The notes under the pieces: generated by a model
The model's input: only the letters and a program-made list of their open reading frames with translations
The model's database searches: none
What the model was told of the DNA's origin: nothing
Made by a program: the position numbers and the translations under genes
Assembly (NCBI GenBank): GCA_951406725.2
Contig: OX597828.1
Location: 41,478,001-41,542,000 of the forward strand
DNA: 64,000 nucleotides
Origin: Octopus vulgaris
Lineage: Eukaryota
Reading direction: 5' to 3'
Part shown: piece after piece, positions 13,661-27,681 of the stretch
Layout of the letters: the number at the start of each line of letters is the position of its first letter
Numbering within the stretch: position 1 is the stretch's first letter

Positions 13661-14284
13661 CAGTGAATCATTTACTAATTGATATACTTTTGTTCGTGTA
13701 TTTCCATGAAAAGGAACCTCGATATTTATAAATATAATTCACTTCTTGGTGCACCTGGATTTCAAAGCTAGTTAGAAACAGATACAGCCCACTTGCATTG
13801 TGCAAAGCAGTCAATCTTAGTTGAATATACTTCATTTCTTTTTTTTATATAGTTGATGCACAGGCATGACACCCCCATAAAACTTCGTTTTATGTTTATT
13901 CTGACTTGTAATGGTTTATATTTTTTTTATTAATTGACATTTTTATGTTTCAGGTTCTATATGTGACTGTTTAATCATGTCATGTGCAAAAGAAACCATG
14001 GAGCTGTCTGAATTTCAAAGAGACCGTATTGTGGGTCATTCTGAAGGTGGACATAGCGTAAAATCGCAGAAAGCCTACAGTCAATAGAATGATTGTGCAA
14101 TTTGTCAGAGAGGGGAAGGAGTCCACATTACCACGCCCAGATCAACCAAGGCCCTCTGACAGGACCCTTCTCATTGTTAGAGAAGTATGAAGGATAATCC
14201 TCGTTGCAAGGCCTATGACATAGTAGAGCAAGTGCAAGTCACTCCCAGAACAGCTCTCAGGTATCTCCACAAACTTGGTTACTA

Positions 14285-14285
<1 letters not shown>
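13661..14285 (+). mobile_element. Tc1-like transposon 5' remnant
   Basis: From ~13977: MELSEFQRDRIVG...TVNRMIVQF...LPRP...KDNPR...[10 protein letters not shown] (paired-like HTH region, frameshifted). Putative TIR starts CAGTG at 13661. Confidence 0.7.
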
Positions 14286-14369
<84 letters not shown>

Positions 14370-14384
14370 CTTTGTGTCTTTGTG

Positions 14385-14424
<40 letters not shown>

Positions 14425-14735
14425 AATAAGTTAGGTCTGGTCAGATAGGGGAAGGGGCATGTACCGTTGCAACCACCACGTTGGCATCTGCTCTACAGTT
14501 GCAAGAACTTGGACACTGTCTGGATCTCTTAGGGGCTGCCTTAGCTCCTTTGGTACCAGGACACTTGCAGGATTAACCAACCAACGACTTTACTCAGAAA
14601 CTGGGATGCATCTTGTTACTTGTATGATTCAGGAGTGTCACTTCAGACTGGTTGATCATGTTGCTTGTTTTTCCACGTTGGATTTTGCATACCCTGTTCT
14701 CTTCTCTGATAATCCAGCTGATGGTGATGGCTCAT

Positions 14736-14970
14736 TCTTATTTCTTTATTGCCCACAAGGGGCTAAACATAGAGGAGACAAACAAGGACAGACAAAGGGA
14801 TTAAGTCGATTACATCGACCCCAGTGCGTAACTGGTACTTAATTTATCGACTCCGAAAAGATGAAAGGTAAAGTTGACCTTGGCGGAATTTGAACTCAGA
14901 ACATAGTGACAGATGAAATACCGCTAAGCATTTCATCCAGCAAGCTAACGTTTCTGCCAGCTGGTCACCT
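14736..14970 (-). mobile_element. SINE family C (other copies ~44826-45000 -, ~45048-45250 +, ~46578-46800 -, ~54477-54590 -)
   Basis: Shared GAGTTCAAATTCCGCC-AGGTC-ACTTT-CCTTTCATC-TTTCGG-GTCGATAAATTAAGTACCAG segment (B box plus conserved central domain) in all copies. Confidence 0.8.
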
Positions 14971-15449
14971 TAACTGGCTCATTCTGCTCAACCACACACC
15001 ACATAGTCTTGATGGATGAGGAAGTATCTAGTGGAGATGGGGACTATCTGGGATACTGTTTGGATATTTATAGATACCAAAATGTCATATGATGGTGTTA
15101 AACTGAGAGACAGAGTAGGTCTATTACTTTTTATCCATCAATTAACTTTCTTTTACATTAGAAGTCACCAAAGTGGTCACTATTGATCCCTGGGGCTCTA
15201 AGTGGCTATCCAAGGGGGGTCAGTAAAAACCTGAAACAATTTTGAGCTTTAAGGGTGTTGAATTACTTGTAAAATGAAGTCTGGAAGTGTGCAACAATTT
15301 AAAGCAATGGAACTCTCCTTTTGAGTGTTGGACTTCATGGAGGCAATGAGAAGACCCACCAAGTCAAATAAAATCAGTCATAGCAGATGGCACAGTCATG
15401 CAAATGGCACCTGTGCCATTAGCATGTAAAAGCACCTCTGGGAGGATTC

Positions 15450-17480
15450 CTTCAATGAAGTGACCAACAAGTTGAGAGAGCAGGATGTGTGCCAAGACCT
15501 TTCCTACAACATCCAAGAGTGAAATACTTCTGCTGTTGTTGCAGTCTGAGCGATCTCCCTTCTTCTTGAAGATGGTGATTATGTTTGCATGTTTCTAGCA
15601 CTGAGGGATCAAGACACTTTCCAACAGTAGAGGATAATCTGATGAAGACACTGGACAAGACCAGGACCACCATATTTATAGATCTCCCCCAACACACCAT
15701 CTGATCCAGGTGATTTCCTGTTTTTTAAGTAGGAGAGAGCTGTATGGATTTCCACGAGGAAGGGTTCCGTATCCAGCTCAGAGAGATGAGGGAGATGAGG
15801 GAGCTCATCCATCAGTGTGGTGTCTGTAGGATTTATCTTGTGCAACAATGAGTTGAAGTGTTCAGCCTATCTGTCATGGATCTGGGTTTTTTCCTTGTAG
15901 AGAGTGTTGCCGTCTGAAGATCGTATCAGATTGATGTGATTGGAGGACGGACCACACATGGATTTGGTTGCAGTGTAGAAATCGTGGATCTTATTTTCAT
16001 CCGCAAAACATTGAATTTCTGCAGCTTTGTTCTTCCATCAAGTGTTCTGAATTTGCCTAAGTCTGCTCTGGCATTCCGAGTGAAGATCTTTCTAATTCTG
16101 GAGGTGTGCGTTGGACCTGCTTGAGAGGTAGGCATCATGAGCCTGGTTTTTTTGCTTCTGAGAAGGCGGAGAGTCTCATCAGCAGATTCATCAAACCAGT
16201 CAGGATTGCGACGTCTAGTGTGTCCTAGTTGTTCAGTTGTGACCGAGGAAATCAGGGAGATATGTTTGTCCCATATATCATCTAGCTCCTCTTGGTTTAC
16301 TGAGGTACGATTGGGGAGTGGGAGAGTATCCAATTTGATGACAAGCTGATTTTGAAAGAGGCCACGATTCTTAAGATCATACAGTTTTGTGGTGTTCAGT
16401 CAGTTTGATGCTGTAGACTTTCGGCTAGGGGGTCAAATGTTGATTCTAACCTTGGAACAGTTATGTTTGTGGTAAGTCCAGCCATCTGCTCCACACATTG
16501 CACAAATATGGATGATATCGCCCATGTCTTGACGACGGACAATGATGTAGTCTAGGAGATGCGACTTTTTGGAACGCAAGTGCATCCATGACTACTTGTA
16601 AATGTCCTGCTGTTGAAAGAGGATGTTAGTGATGCACAGGTCATACTCAGAGTGGAAGGTAAGTAGTCTCTTTCCATTAGCATTCATTTTTCCCTGTGTC
16701 ATGAGGACCGAGGATTCCTTGCCAGGCAGTATTGTCACACCCAACATAGGAGTTGAAGTCACCCATGAATACAATCTTGTCCGATCATGAGATGTTCTGA
16801 AACGCAGTATGCAGAGAATCGCAGAAGGTATCCTTTATCTCTTCATCCAAGTCATGAGTTGGTCCATAAACGCTGAGAATTGTCAGAAAACGTTTGTTTG
16901 AAAGTGGGATTTTGATTGTCATAAGGCGCTCACTGATACAGGAGGGTACTCCAAGAATTTTCTGCACCAGGCTGTTTTGGCTTGCTAAACCAACCCCATG
17001 CAAACGAGGCATCTCAGAGGGATGTCCTTTCCAGAAGATGGTGTATCCACCAGCTTCTTCAGTGAGGGAACCCTCATCGGAGAAATGAGTCTCACTGAAT
17101 GCAGCAATGTCAACGTTGTAGTACTCGAGTTCAGTGGCTACAATAGTAGTGCATCGTCAAGTGTCCAGCTCATCATGTGAAACGTCATCAAGGAGGATGT
17201 GAACATTCTAACATGCAAGGAGGGTTTCTTTTTCTTTTTCAGTTTTGATACTTGGTTTCGACTGCACGTTTGGCGATTACTCACTGGAAGTGGTTACCCA
17301 GTCGAGCAAGTGAGGATGAGCTTTTTCTGAGCCTCATTTTCTAGGCCTTTCCCCATGTGGGGCAGGCAGTGCTATCCCTGAAAAGGGTTGCCTGGACGCA
17401 CAAGCAGGACTTAGGTGGATGTTTGTCCACAGGTCCATCCAACAATGACCTAGAGGCTTCCAGCTATATCCTAGTCTACC
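15450..17480 (-). mobile_element. RTE/BovB-like LINE 5' half (APE endonuclease and start of RT), decayed
   Basis: Fragments VDIAAFSET, GYTIFWKG, HGVG, SERLM, SVYGPT, GDFN, NANGKRLL...LCITN, LDYII, DWFDE and LKNRKSPGSDG occur across frames. Confidence 0.88.
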
Positions 17481-17729
17481 CCCGTCGCCCACAGGACTTG
17501 CAGAGAGGATGAAAGACGAAACTTGTGCTGTGAAAAGTTTAAGGCATTGGAAAGGATCCTCTCTGGTACTTTAAACTAGACAGGTTTTGTCAAACAGATC
17601 AACACCAGGACTTGTTTTCAAGCTCTTTCTGCTGAACTGCTAAGTTACTAGGACGTAAACAAACCAACACTTGTTGACAAGCAGTGGAGAAACAAGCACA
17701 AACACACACATATATATATACATTTACTA

Positions 17730-18075
17730 GATTCAGTCATCTGATTGCGGTCATGCTGGAGCACCGCCTTTAGTCGAATAAATCGACCCCAGTATTTTTT
17801 CTTTTGTAAGCCTAGTACTTATTCTATCGGTCTACTTTGCTGAACCTCTACGTTATGGGGACGTAAACACACTAACATCGGTCGTCAAGTGATGTGGGGG
17901 GACAAACACAGAAACATATACCTACGATGGGCTTCTTTTAGTTGCCCTCTTCCAAATTCACTCACAAGGCTTTGGTCGGTCCGAAGCCATGGTAGAAGAC
18001 GCTTGCCCAAGGGCCCACACAGTGGGACTGAACCCAGAACCATATGGCTGGGAAGCAACCTTCTTACCACTCAGC
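17730..18075 (-). mobile_element. SINE family A
   Basis: Homologous along its length to 10605-10960 in reverse. Confidence 0.8.
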
Positions 18076-18742
18076 CACTATCAATTTTTTCACCTCATTT
18101 ACTCCGCAGACCAGTTTCATGCAGAGCAATTTTCCCGCAGACTGGAATGGTTTGAAAGCAAAAACGAAAAAAACACATAGCTCATTGTATTACCATTAAG
18201 AAAATAATAAAGAAATCAAATCAGAAGTTGGGGCACCAAACTATAGTTTTGCCCTGTTAATGAATGTAGATCGCGTTTACTGTATCAAGGGAGACAACAC
18301 AATCTTGACGATAGCGCAGTTGTCTACCTTGAAAGTGAAATTGTATAAATTAAAATTTATCTACAAAAAATATAACAAAATTAATTTAATCGTTTAGATA
18401 TTACTTCCATAAACCTGTTTGAGCAGAGACTAACAGCACGGTGATGCAAATTATATAAAGCGATGGTCTCACTGGATAATGCGGTCGTAGATACATTATA
18501 TCTGAACACTACTGATGGCCGTTCGAGTATCACCTTTTAAATTAGAACCGACATGAGGCTGACAACAGAAACATGAAGGACACACAAGATAATGTAGTCC
18601 TTGATAGACTATGTAAAATGATAACCCAGCAGAAAAAAAACAAACAAACTAACAAACAACAGAAACGGGAAGTTAAGAGCTAAAAGGGAAGGACACATTA
18701 GATAATGTAGTGCTTGATATACTTCCCAAGAAAAACTAAACA

Positions 18743-18904
18743 AGGCGGACATCTGGGATAAATCGTCCTCATAAATTAGAATTTCTCCGTTTTGAGGGGG
18801 ATTTTTCAAATTTTTTTTCTGAAATAAAAAAACCAAAAAAAAAAACCCCCATCAGGATGGAGAAATTCCAATTTATGTTGGCGACCTATCCCAGATATCC
18901 GTCC
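18743..18904. mobile_element. Small imperfect fold-back/MITE
   Basis: GGCGGACATCTGGGATA...ATAAATTAGAATTTCTCC pairs with GGAGAAATTCCAATTTAT...TATCCCAGATATCCGTC. Confidence 0.7.
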
Positions 18905-18956
18905 AAAACAAAATAAAATGGCAATGTTTCGTTAATAGTATATGAAATGAGCTCTG

Positions 18957-19188
18957 GGTAATACTTAAGAAAAGTGGTCCCGGTGCGCGCACTCGTGACT
19001 AGTCGATCTTACGACTACCTAGCAAAGTAAATAAAACACAAAATGAATAATTTTTTTTACACAAAGTAAATAATTTTTTAAAAACAGTAAATAAAACACA
19101 AAAACACAAAGTAAGGATCGACTAGTCATGACTAGCTAGCGTCGATGCGCGAGTACGCGCACCGGGACCACTCTTCTTAAGTAGTACC
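18957..19188. mobile_element. MITE, probably Merlin superfamily
   Basis: ~40-bp TIRs start GGTAA/GGTAC, fitting the Merlin GGNRM terminus. 8-bp TSD GAGCTCTG (18949-18956) / GAGCTTTG (19189-19196). Confidence 0.7.
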
Positions 19189-19438
19189 GAGCTTTGTCGA
19201 GCCGATGACACTATGTCACAAACTCATTCATAACGTCATAGACTAATACCGAAATATTGCAAGAAAAAAAAACAAAAAGAAAACGACAAAAATAACAAAA
19301 GCCATGTCCGATTAAGATGCAGATCAGCGATAATTACTGATAATCCAAGGTGCGTTGGATCAAAGCTGACCTGGTGGGAAAAAGAATAATAACAACGAAT
19401 ATAAAAATATGAAGTAATTTAATAGAATTATATATGAG

Positions 19439-20302
19439 TTATACCGGTTCACCAATATCTTCTTCGTTGTGTTGTTGAGTATAAGTTTCAATATTGGGAG
19501 TAGGAATATTCAGTTCTGATAACGGAATGGCATCGTTTAAGTTTGAACAATCGAGTCCTAGATTATTCGACAACCATTTAGTTGGTTTAGAAGGGAAAAG
19601 CCTCCAGCTTGGGCTGATGGCTTTGTAAAGTTTCCGTACGTTAGGGTAAAGATCCAAGATTTCCAAAGCAAACGTCCGGTGCAGTATCCAAAGGCGACTG
19701 GAAGCGGCGACGAGGGCGAGAATTTTGTGCATGTTATGACCGATATATAAATATTGTTTTAACTTGATAAAACACTCAGCACAAAGTTCGTAGGCTTTTA
19801 TATGCAGAGCCACAGCTCCCAACAATCGAATGAGGAAATATTCCACAAGTTTTGGAGATGGCATATAGGTTTCTCGTTCGAAAGAATTGAAACTTCCCAA
19901 AGAAAAATTCACTTTGTGGACCAAACGAACAAGTTTTATCTTTGACCGTTTCTTAGAACACTGAGCCATTCTGCGAACATAGCGCCAGTGTATGAACGGA
20001 AGCATTGAATTATTGTATTTGTAAACAATCTTGGACAGAATTCTCTCCTCGTACAACAACTCTTTGTCCAGTTTCGACAAAGTAGCAGAAATCTTTTCTA
20101 TTTCTACGATCAATTTAGCAACTTTGTTAGGTTTTTTCACGTTCACCGTAACCCGACAGACTGACGGAAGAGGCAAATTCAAAGACAAAACACGGTGTAA
20201 GATCGATTCCTTTGATACAACTACCTCCTCTTCAGCTTCGCCTACGTTCTCTTCTATCTTCTCTTCGTTCTTTTTCTTCTTCTTCAATTTCTTCACCTTC
20301 AT
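19439..20302 (-). CDS. NEPRO: Nucleolus and neural progenitor protein-like (NEPRO/C3orf17/RMP64, DUF4477), single coding exon, 287 aa
   Basis: Long non-repetitive ORF. Motifs E..IL..IVYKYNN, MPSPKLVEYFLIRLLGA, SRLWIL and C-terminal EEDIGEPV match recalled NEPRO features (VPSQPVVELVLMKVLGA, SRLWVL). Basic NLS-like N-terminus. Recognised from memory, not by search. Confidence 0.8.
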   Translation of the reverse strand: MKVKKLKKKKKNEEKIEENVGEAEEEVVVSKESILHRVLSLNLPLPSVCRVTVNVKKPNKVAKLIVEIEKISATLSKLDKELLYEERILSKIVYKYNNSMLPFIHWRYVRRMAQCSKKRSKIKLVRLVHKVNFSLGSFNSFERETYMPSPKLVEYFLIRLLGAVALHIKAYELCAECFIKLKQYLYIGHNMHKILALVAASSRLWILHRTFALEILDLYPNVRKLYKAISPSWRLFPSKPTKWLSNNLGLDCSNLNDAIPLSELNIPTPNIETYTQQHNEEDIGEPV

Positions 20303-20393
20303 TTTAGATCAAATTTCTTCTCCACGTGTAATTCACTCCAGAGAGACACAAATCAACATGTGCTATAAATTTCCTGTTCTCTGCAGAAAATAA

Positions 20394-20403
20394 CAACTTC
20401 CGT
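20394..20403 (-). promoter_or_regulatory. ETS-type CGGAAGT motif upstream of the NEPRO-like ORF
   Basis: ACTTCCG on + (CGGAAGT on -) ~95 bp upstream of the ATG, common in housekeeping promoters. A short motif that may be chance. Confidence 0.3.
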
Positions 20404-20721
20404 CTAGTTTGATTTACTGATATGATCCTGCTTTTCTAAAGAACAGAGTTGAATAAAAAAAAATATGAAAAACATTATAAAAATATCAATGATGTATTAT
20501 TATCATTATTATTTTTTATGTATAATTTTATCGGACAAAATAGACACAATATAACAGAAACGAAAGAATTACGAGCCAGCAGTCAGAACTTGGTTAAAGG
20601 GAGGTAACTGAACCTCCACCGTGAATTACATTGCTCGGAAATACATACATACACACACTCACACATACATGCATAAATACATACATACATACATACATAC
20701 ATACATACATACATACATACA

Positions 20722-21880
20722 AACAGAAAATACCTACGCTGAACTATTGAGATGCTTACTGTTACACACTATCAAGATTACAAATTCAGGTTTATACCTG
20801 TAATTATTGGGACACTGATTGAGATATGTAACACACTGCCTAAATACCGACCTTGAGAAATTAGGCTTCTCAAAGCTGATTCGGAGACTACAGATTCAAG
20901 TCATCACTGGAACTGTAGAAACCTGTAAATCTTTTTCAGAAGTTCATCATTTATGTATATATATATGAATATGCCTAGATATGTAAGTATATGGATAAAA
21001 AGACATACATAAAGCAAAACATACAAATCTGTACATATATATTCATACATACATACATGCATACATACATGCATGCATACCTACATATGTACATACATAC
21101 ATACACACATATACATGCATACACACACTCACATATATGCATACATACATACATACATACACACATACATACATCCATCCATACATACACATACATACAT
21201 GCATGCCTGCATGCATACACACACACACATACATGCATACATACACACATACATACATGCATACACACAAACATATATTCATACATACATGCATGCATAC
21301 ATACATACATACATACATGCATGCATACATACATGCATGCATACATACATACATACATACATGCATGCATACATACATACATACATACATACATACATAC
21401 ATACATACATACATACATACATACATACATGCATGCATACATACATACATTCATGCATGCATACATACATTCATGCATGCATACATACATACATACATGC
21501 ATGCATACATACATGCATGCATGCATGCATACATACATACATACATGCATGCATACATACATACATGCATGCATACATACATACATACATACATACATAC
21601 ATACATACATACATACATACATGCATGCATACATACATGCATACATGCATACATGCATACATACATACATACATACATACATACATACATGCATACATAC
21701 ATACATACATACATACATGCATGCATACATACATACATACATACATGCATGCATACATACATGCATATATGCAAAAATACTTTGTTGATGTTTAAATTAC
21801 AATGAAGGAACCTTGAATCAAGGTTAGAAACTGGCTCTTTCTCTATTGGCAAGAATTCTTGAAATAAAACTGAATAGACA
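20722..21880 (+). mobile_element. R4/Dong-like LINE 3' end with (CATA)n expansion in the 3' UTR
   Basis: Frameshifted ENTYAELLR...FIPVIIGTL...LEKLGF...LQIQVITGT resembles the RLE-domain C-terminus. Flanked by (CATA)n. Confidence 0.6.
21040..21770. repeat. (CATA/CATG)n microsatellite
   Basis: Seen directly. Confidence 0.95.
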
Positions 21881-21923
21881 TACATACATGTGTGTGTGTG
21901 TATATATATATATATAATATATC

Positions 21924-22827
21924 GAGACCTTTGCTGTGCTTCAAGCCAAGTGAGACCATAACCCGTGGTCTATGCCAGGGGTGTAACTATCCCACTTGTG
22001 CATACCTTTCCTTCATTGGATACTAAACTCTGTTTGCGAAGACCTGTTGAGGCAAGTGAAATCAAAATCAAATTTGATGACTGGCATCTGTGTTAGTGGC
22101 GCGCTAAGAGCACTATCCGAGCATGATCATTGCCAGAGTAGCTGACCAGCTTCTGTGCCGGTGGTGTGTAAAAAGCACCATTTGAGCGTGATCATTAGTA
22201 GCATCGCCTTACTGGCACGTGAAAAAATATTTGAGCGAGGTCGTTGCCAGTGTCGCCGGACTGGCTCCTGTGCAGGTGGCACGTAAAAAACACCATTTGA
22301 GCGTGGATGTTGCCAGTACCGCCTGACTGGCCCTCATGCCGGTGGTACGTAAAAGCACCCACTACACTCTTGGAGTGGTTGGCGTTAGAAAGGGCATCCA
22401 GCTGTAGAAACTCTGCCAGATCAGATTGGAGCCTGTTGCAGCCATCTGGTTTGCCAGTCCTCAGTTAAATTGTCCAAACTATGCCAGCATGGAAAGCAGA
22501 CGTTAAACGATGATGATGATTCGGAAGCACCATCCGAATCGTGGCCAAAGCCAGTGCCGCCTCGACTGGCTTCTGTGCCTGTGGCACGTAAAATGCACCA
22601 ATCCGACCGTGTCCGATGCCAGCCTCGCCTGGCACCAGTGCAGGTGGCACGTAAAAAGCACCCACTACACTCATGGAGTGGTTGGCGTTAGGAAGGGCAT
22701 CCAGCTGTAGGAACATTGCCAGATAAGACTGGAGCCTGGTGCAGCCTTCTGGCTTCCCAGATCCCCGGTCGAACCGTCCAACCCATGCTAGCATGGAGAA
22801 CGGACGTTAAACGATGATGATGATGAT
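21924..22827 (+). mobile_element. Two tandem RTE 3' ends (21924-22520, 22521-22827) inside a (TA)n tract
   Basis: Each ends in ACGTTAAACGATGATGATG and is homologous to the other RTE 3' UTRs. Confidence 0.82.
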
Positions 22828-23190
22828 ATATATATATATATATATCTAATTAGAGAATACATTAACCTCATAAAGGGATGGTTGGATCCAAAGAAATACT
22901 GGCTCAATAACTAGTATTGTTGGGGAATGAAATTCCCTTAAAAACAATAAGTATATATTAAGCATATAATTTGTATCCATTAAAAAGAAGACAAGAAAAT
23001 GAAGATAAGGAAGTTAACAATTATTTATTATTAACAAATTGGTCATCTTTGCTTCTTACTGGTGATTCAATCAATACTCAATAATTTAATTACAAATTTG
23101 TACATTATGTTCGCATATATGTGACTCATTTCAGCAAACTCATATATACATACATACATGCATACATACATGCATACATACATACATACA

Positions 23191-23248
<58 letters not shown>

Positions 23249-23386
23249 CCCATATAATACAGTAAATGAATTGATTGCATCGCAATCCTTAACATTTATG
23301 TATTAACTTTGTTGGGTACTTCACTAGCAGTATATTGGATATATGTTATCCCATGGAGGGTTGCATTTACAACCCCTATCTCAATT

Positions 23387-24370
<984 letters not shown>

Positions 24371-25021
24371 TATATATACATATACATATACATATACATA
24401 TATATATATGAGTCGCCATGATAGATCGGTAGCCACTACAAACATTTTTTTCTTTCCTTTTTTTTCTCTCCATGTTTCTCTCCTTGTTTTTTTTTTTCTG
24501 TGTCCCTTTCTGTAGAAGAGCGTAGGCTTGAAACATAAAAGACTTTTTCTATTCCTGAGCATTATACTAATACATCTGTTTGTTTTCTACACCACCTTTC
24601 TTCGTCATTTGTTTTTTGGGGAACTCTTCCCCTATATATATATATTCTTTTATATATATGGTGTGCTACATGTAATTACTATCTCATGAATAATTCTGCC
24701 TAGTTAGTCTGATTTCATCATGTTTTTTGGTGATTAAACTATTTGTTCCTTTCTATGATGTTCTACCCTACTGATCATATTATGTATATTTCTAATGGCT
24801 TTTATGTAAGTAAGTCTCCAAATTAAATACCCCCCCCCCCAGAAACTATATAATCATATATGTAATAGCACCAGTAACCTTGCAACTTATAAAATACCTC
24901 TTTGGTCTGAATACCTCCAACTGCCCTCATTACTCCCATACCTTTGTTTCCTCTTTTGGGGTTACCTTTATCTCTCCTCTACCTCAAGTTTTAATGCTCT
25001 GTCTCTTTAAATGTAAGTTAA

Positions 25022-25242
25022 CCCTTTAGTGTTCACATTATTCTGCCAAAATTAATCCTTTTTTATCCACATTGTTTTGAACTAATCATGCATTATCTTG
25101 TAGCTTTGAGATATTGATGAGGTAGCTGTTAATTTTTAAAACGATATTGTAGGGTTGGTGTGAGCGACCAGATCTGGCCAGTTTGAACATAAAACAGGCA
25201 GAATACTTTTGGCCGGATATGACCGGTTTAAAGGCTAAAGGG
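25022..25242. mobile_element. piggyBac-type MITE
   Basis: TTAA|CCCTTTAG ... CTAAAGGG|TTAT. Homologous copy at 43909-44113. Confidence 0.7.
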
Positions 25243-25374
25243 TTATATATATATTTCTTACTATTCTCTATAAATTTTTATTATTTTCTTTTCTTACTTT
25301 GATATCCTTACCTATTAACCTCTTATCCCTTATAAGTTGTTACTGTTCTTAAATAGTAATGCATACTTTCTAGT

Positions 25375-26122
25375 TATTGGTTCAATACCTAATACTTTTA
25401 GTGAATAATAATATTCATAAAATGATAAGTCTAAATATAAATCTTGGTTTATAAACATCCAAAAGAAAATTAAGAAAATGGAGATGTAGCATTAATACAA
25501 TTCATTAACTGCAAAAATCCAACATATTATCTTACAGCTGTTTCAATTTAGCTTAAAAGATTAAATTACAATGAGGGAGGATGATCTCCCTTTACAGGCT
25601 AACAAGGACACCGATATGGTGTCGGTCCTTCTGGTGACGTTGATGATCGCCTGGGGCTAAAAGTATCAGTAACACCCCCACCACCCCGCCCTGTCCCTAG
25701 CCACATTCAGATGGCTGATCCCCCTTACGTTAATTAAATCATCATTTTACACAAAATCTCATCAGAAGGGTAGAAAAGATATGCTGTTAGGTTATTAGGT
25801 GTTGTGTTTTCAAATCATATCAGCAGACTCAGATGATTTGAAAACACAACACCTAATAACCTAACGGTATATTTTTTTCTATTTCTCTGCCTCTGAAGAG
25901 ATTTTGTCTGATACAATGATTTAACTATTGTAATGTAATCTTTAGTCGAAATTGAAACCTGTAAGATAATATGTTGGATTTTTGCAGATAATAAATGATA
26001 TTAATGCTACATCTCCATTTTCTTAATTTTCTTTTGAATGTTTATAAACCAAGATTTATATTTAGACTTATCATTTTATGAATATTATTATTCACTAAAA
26101 ATATTAGGTATTGAACCAGTAA
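25375..26122. repeat. Large diverged fold-back element (centre ~25825)
   Basis: 25375-25570 pairs with 25925-26122 and 25783-25818 pairs with 25833-25869. The left arm has ~150 bp of extra sequence. Confidence 0.88.
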
Positions 26123-26247
26123 TTCATGAGGCTATTTTAACCTCTAATTGAATATACATGTGTGTGTGTGTGTATGACACACACACAAACACACACAGAT
26201 ACACCTACACACTCACACAGAGACACACACATTCACACAGAGACACA

Positions 26248-26288
<41 letters not shown>

Positions 26289-26339
26289 ACATACACACAC
26301 AGACACACACACACACATATACAGATAGACACACAGAGA

Positions 26340-26371
<32 letters not shown>

Positions 26372-27151
26372 ACACACACTCACACAAACATCATGATGTA
26401 TACGACGGGTTTCTTTCTGTTTCTGACTACCAAATCCACCTACAAGGTTTTGAGTCGGCTGAAAGCTATAGCAGAAGACACCTGCCCAAGGTGGTGTCAT
26501 GCAGTAGGACTGAACCCAGAACCATGTGGCTGGGAAGCAAATCTCCTTACCACACACCAATACCTGTACCTATATAGTAATACATGGGTAGAGAATGTAG
26601 AAAACTATATGGTGCGTGTATGTGTGTGTATGACCTGTTGGTGAATAGTAGTGACACATGGACAGTGTGTATAAAGGATTACATATGGTGCAGGCTGTGT
26701 GTTGGTATGTCATAATGAAACATGGACAGAGGAATGTATGCGGTGTGCCGTGATGTTGGATAGGGTAGGGGCAATCCCCAATGGAATTTGGAGCAGCCCC
26801 TTGCTTATTATATCTTCTAAATTTACTCTTCAGAGGTTGAGTTGCTTTTTTTGTAAGACTAGTTTTTGTAATTATGAACTGTTTCTCTCTTCTTGAGTTA
26901 TAAATGTAATAATGGAAGATTAAGTTGTGGCTTCTTTTGTCTTTAGAGGATTTTGACTGTCCAATTGATAGATAAATAGATAGGTGGATGGGTGGATGGG
27001 TGGATGGGTGGATGGATGGATGGGTGGGGGGATGGATGGATGACAAGATGGATAGATAGATAGATGGATGAATGGATGGACAAACAGCCAGTCTGACAAA
27101 CAGATAGACTGACAGATAGATTGATAGACAGAGTGATAAATAAATAGACAA

Positions 27152-27203
<52 letters not shown>

Positions 27204-27360
27204 CAGATGGATGGATAGATCGATGGATGAATAGATAGATAGATAGCTAGGTAGTTTGATGGATAGATAGACCGACAAACAGCCAGCCAGCCTAACAAAC
27301 AGAGAGACAAACAGGTAGATAGATAGTTTGATAGATTGGTGGATGGATAGATAGATAGAC

Positions 27361-27399
<39 letters not shown>

Positions 27400-27681
27400 C
27401 AACAATTGAGGGTAAAATTAATTAATTATTAATCAATTTCACCAAGTGTTCAGTATGCAAAGGGACCATTTAAGGCGAATTCAAATTATTACATTATATA
27501 AAAGGGCTTAGTAAAATAAATTACTTTGCCGCATACTGAACTCATTAGAAATAGCAGCTAAAAAACTTTTTTAAAACTATTTCTAATACTTAAAGAAAAC
27601 CTCTCTCATATAGTGTTTGCTCAACTCAACTCACGAAAGTTTGGGGGTAAAGACATCAAAAAATCAAATGCAAAGGTTATT

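Noticed and set aside
20975-21885. Long ORFs of CMYV/HTYI repeats (and similar CV, YI, SL, poly-L, poly-N ORFs throughout)
   Set aside because: Translations of microsatellites that lack stop codons.
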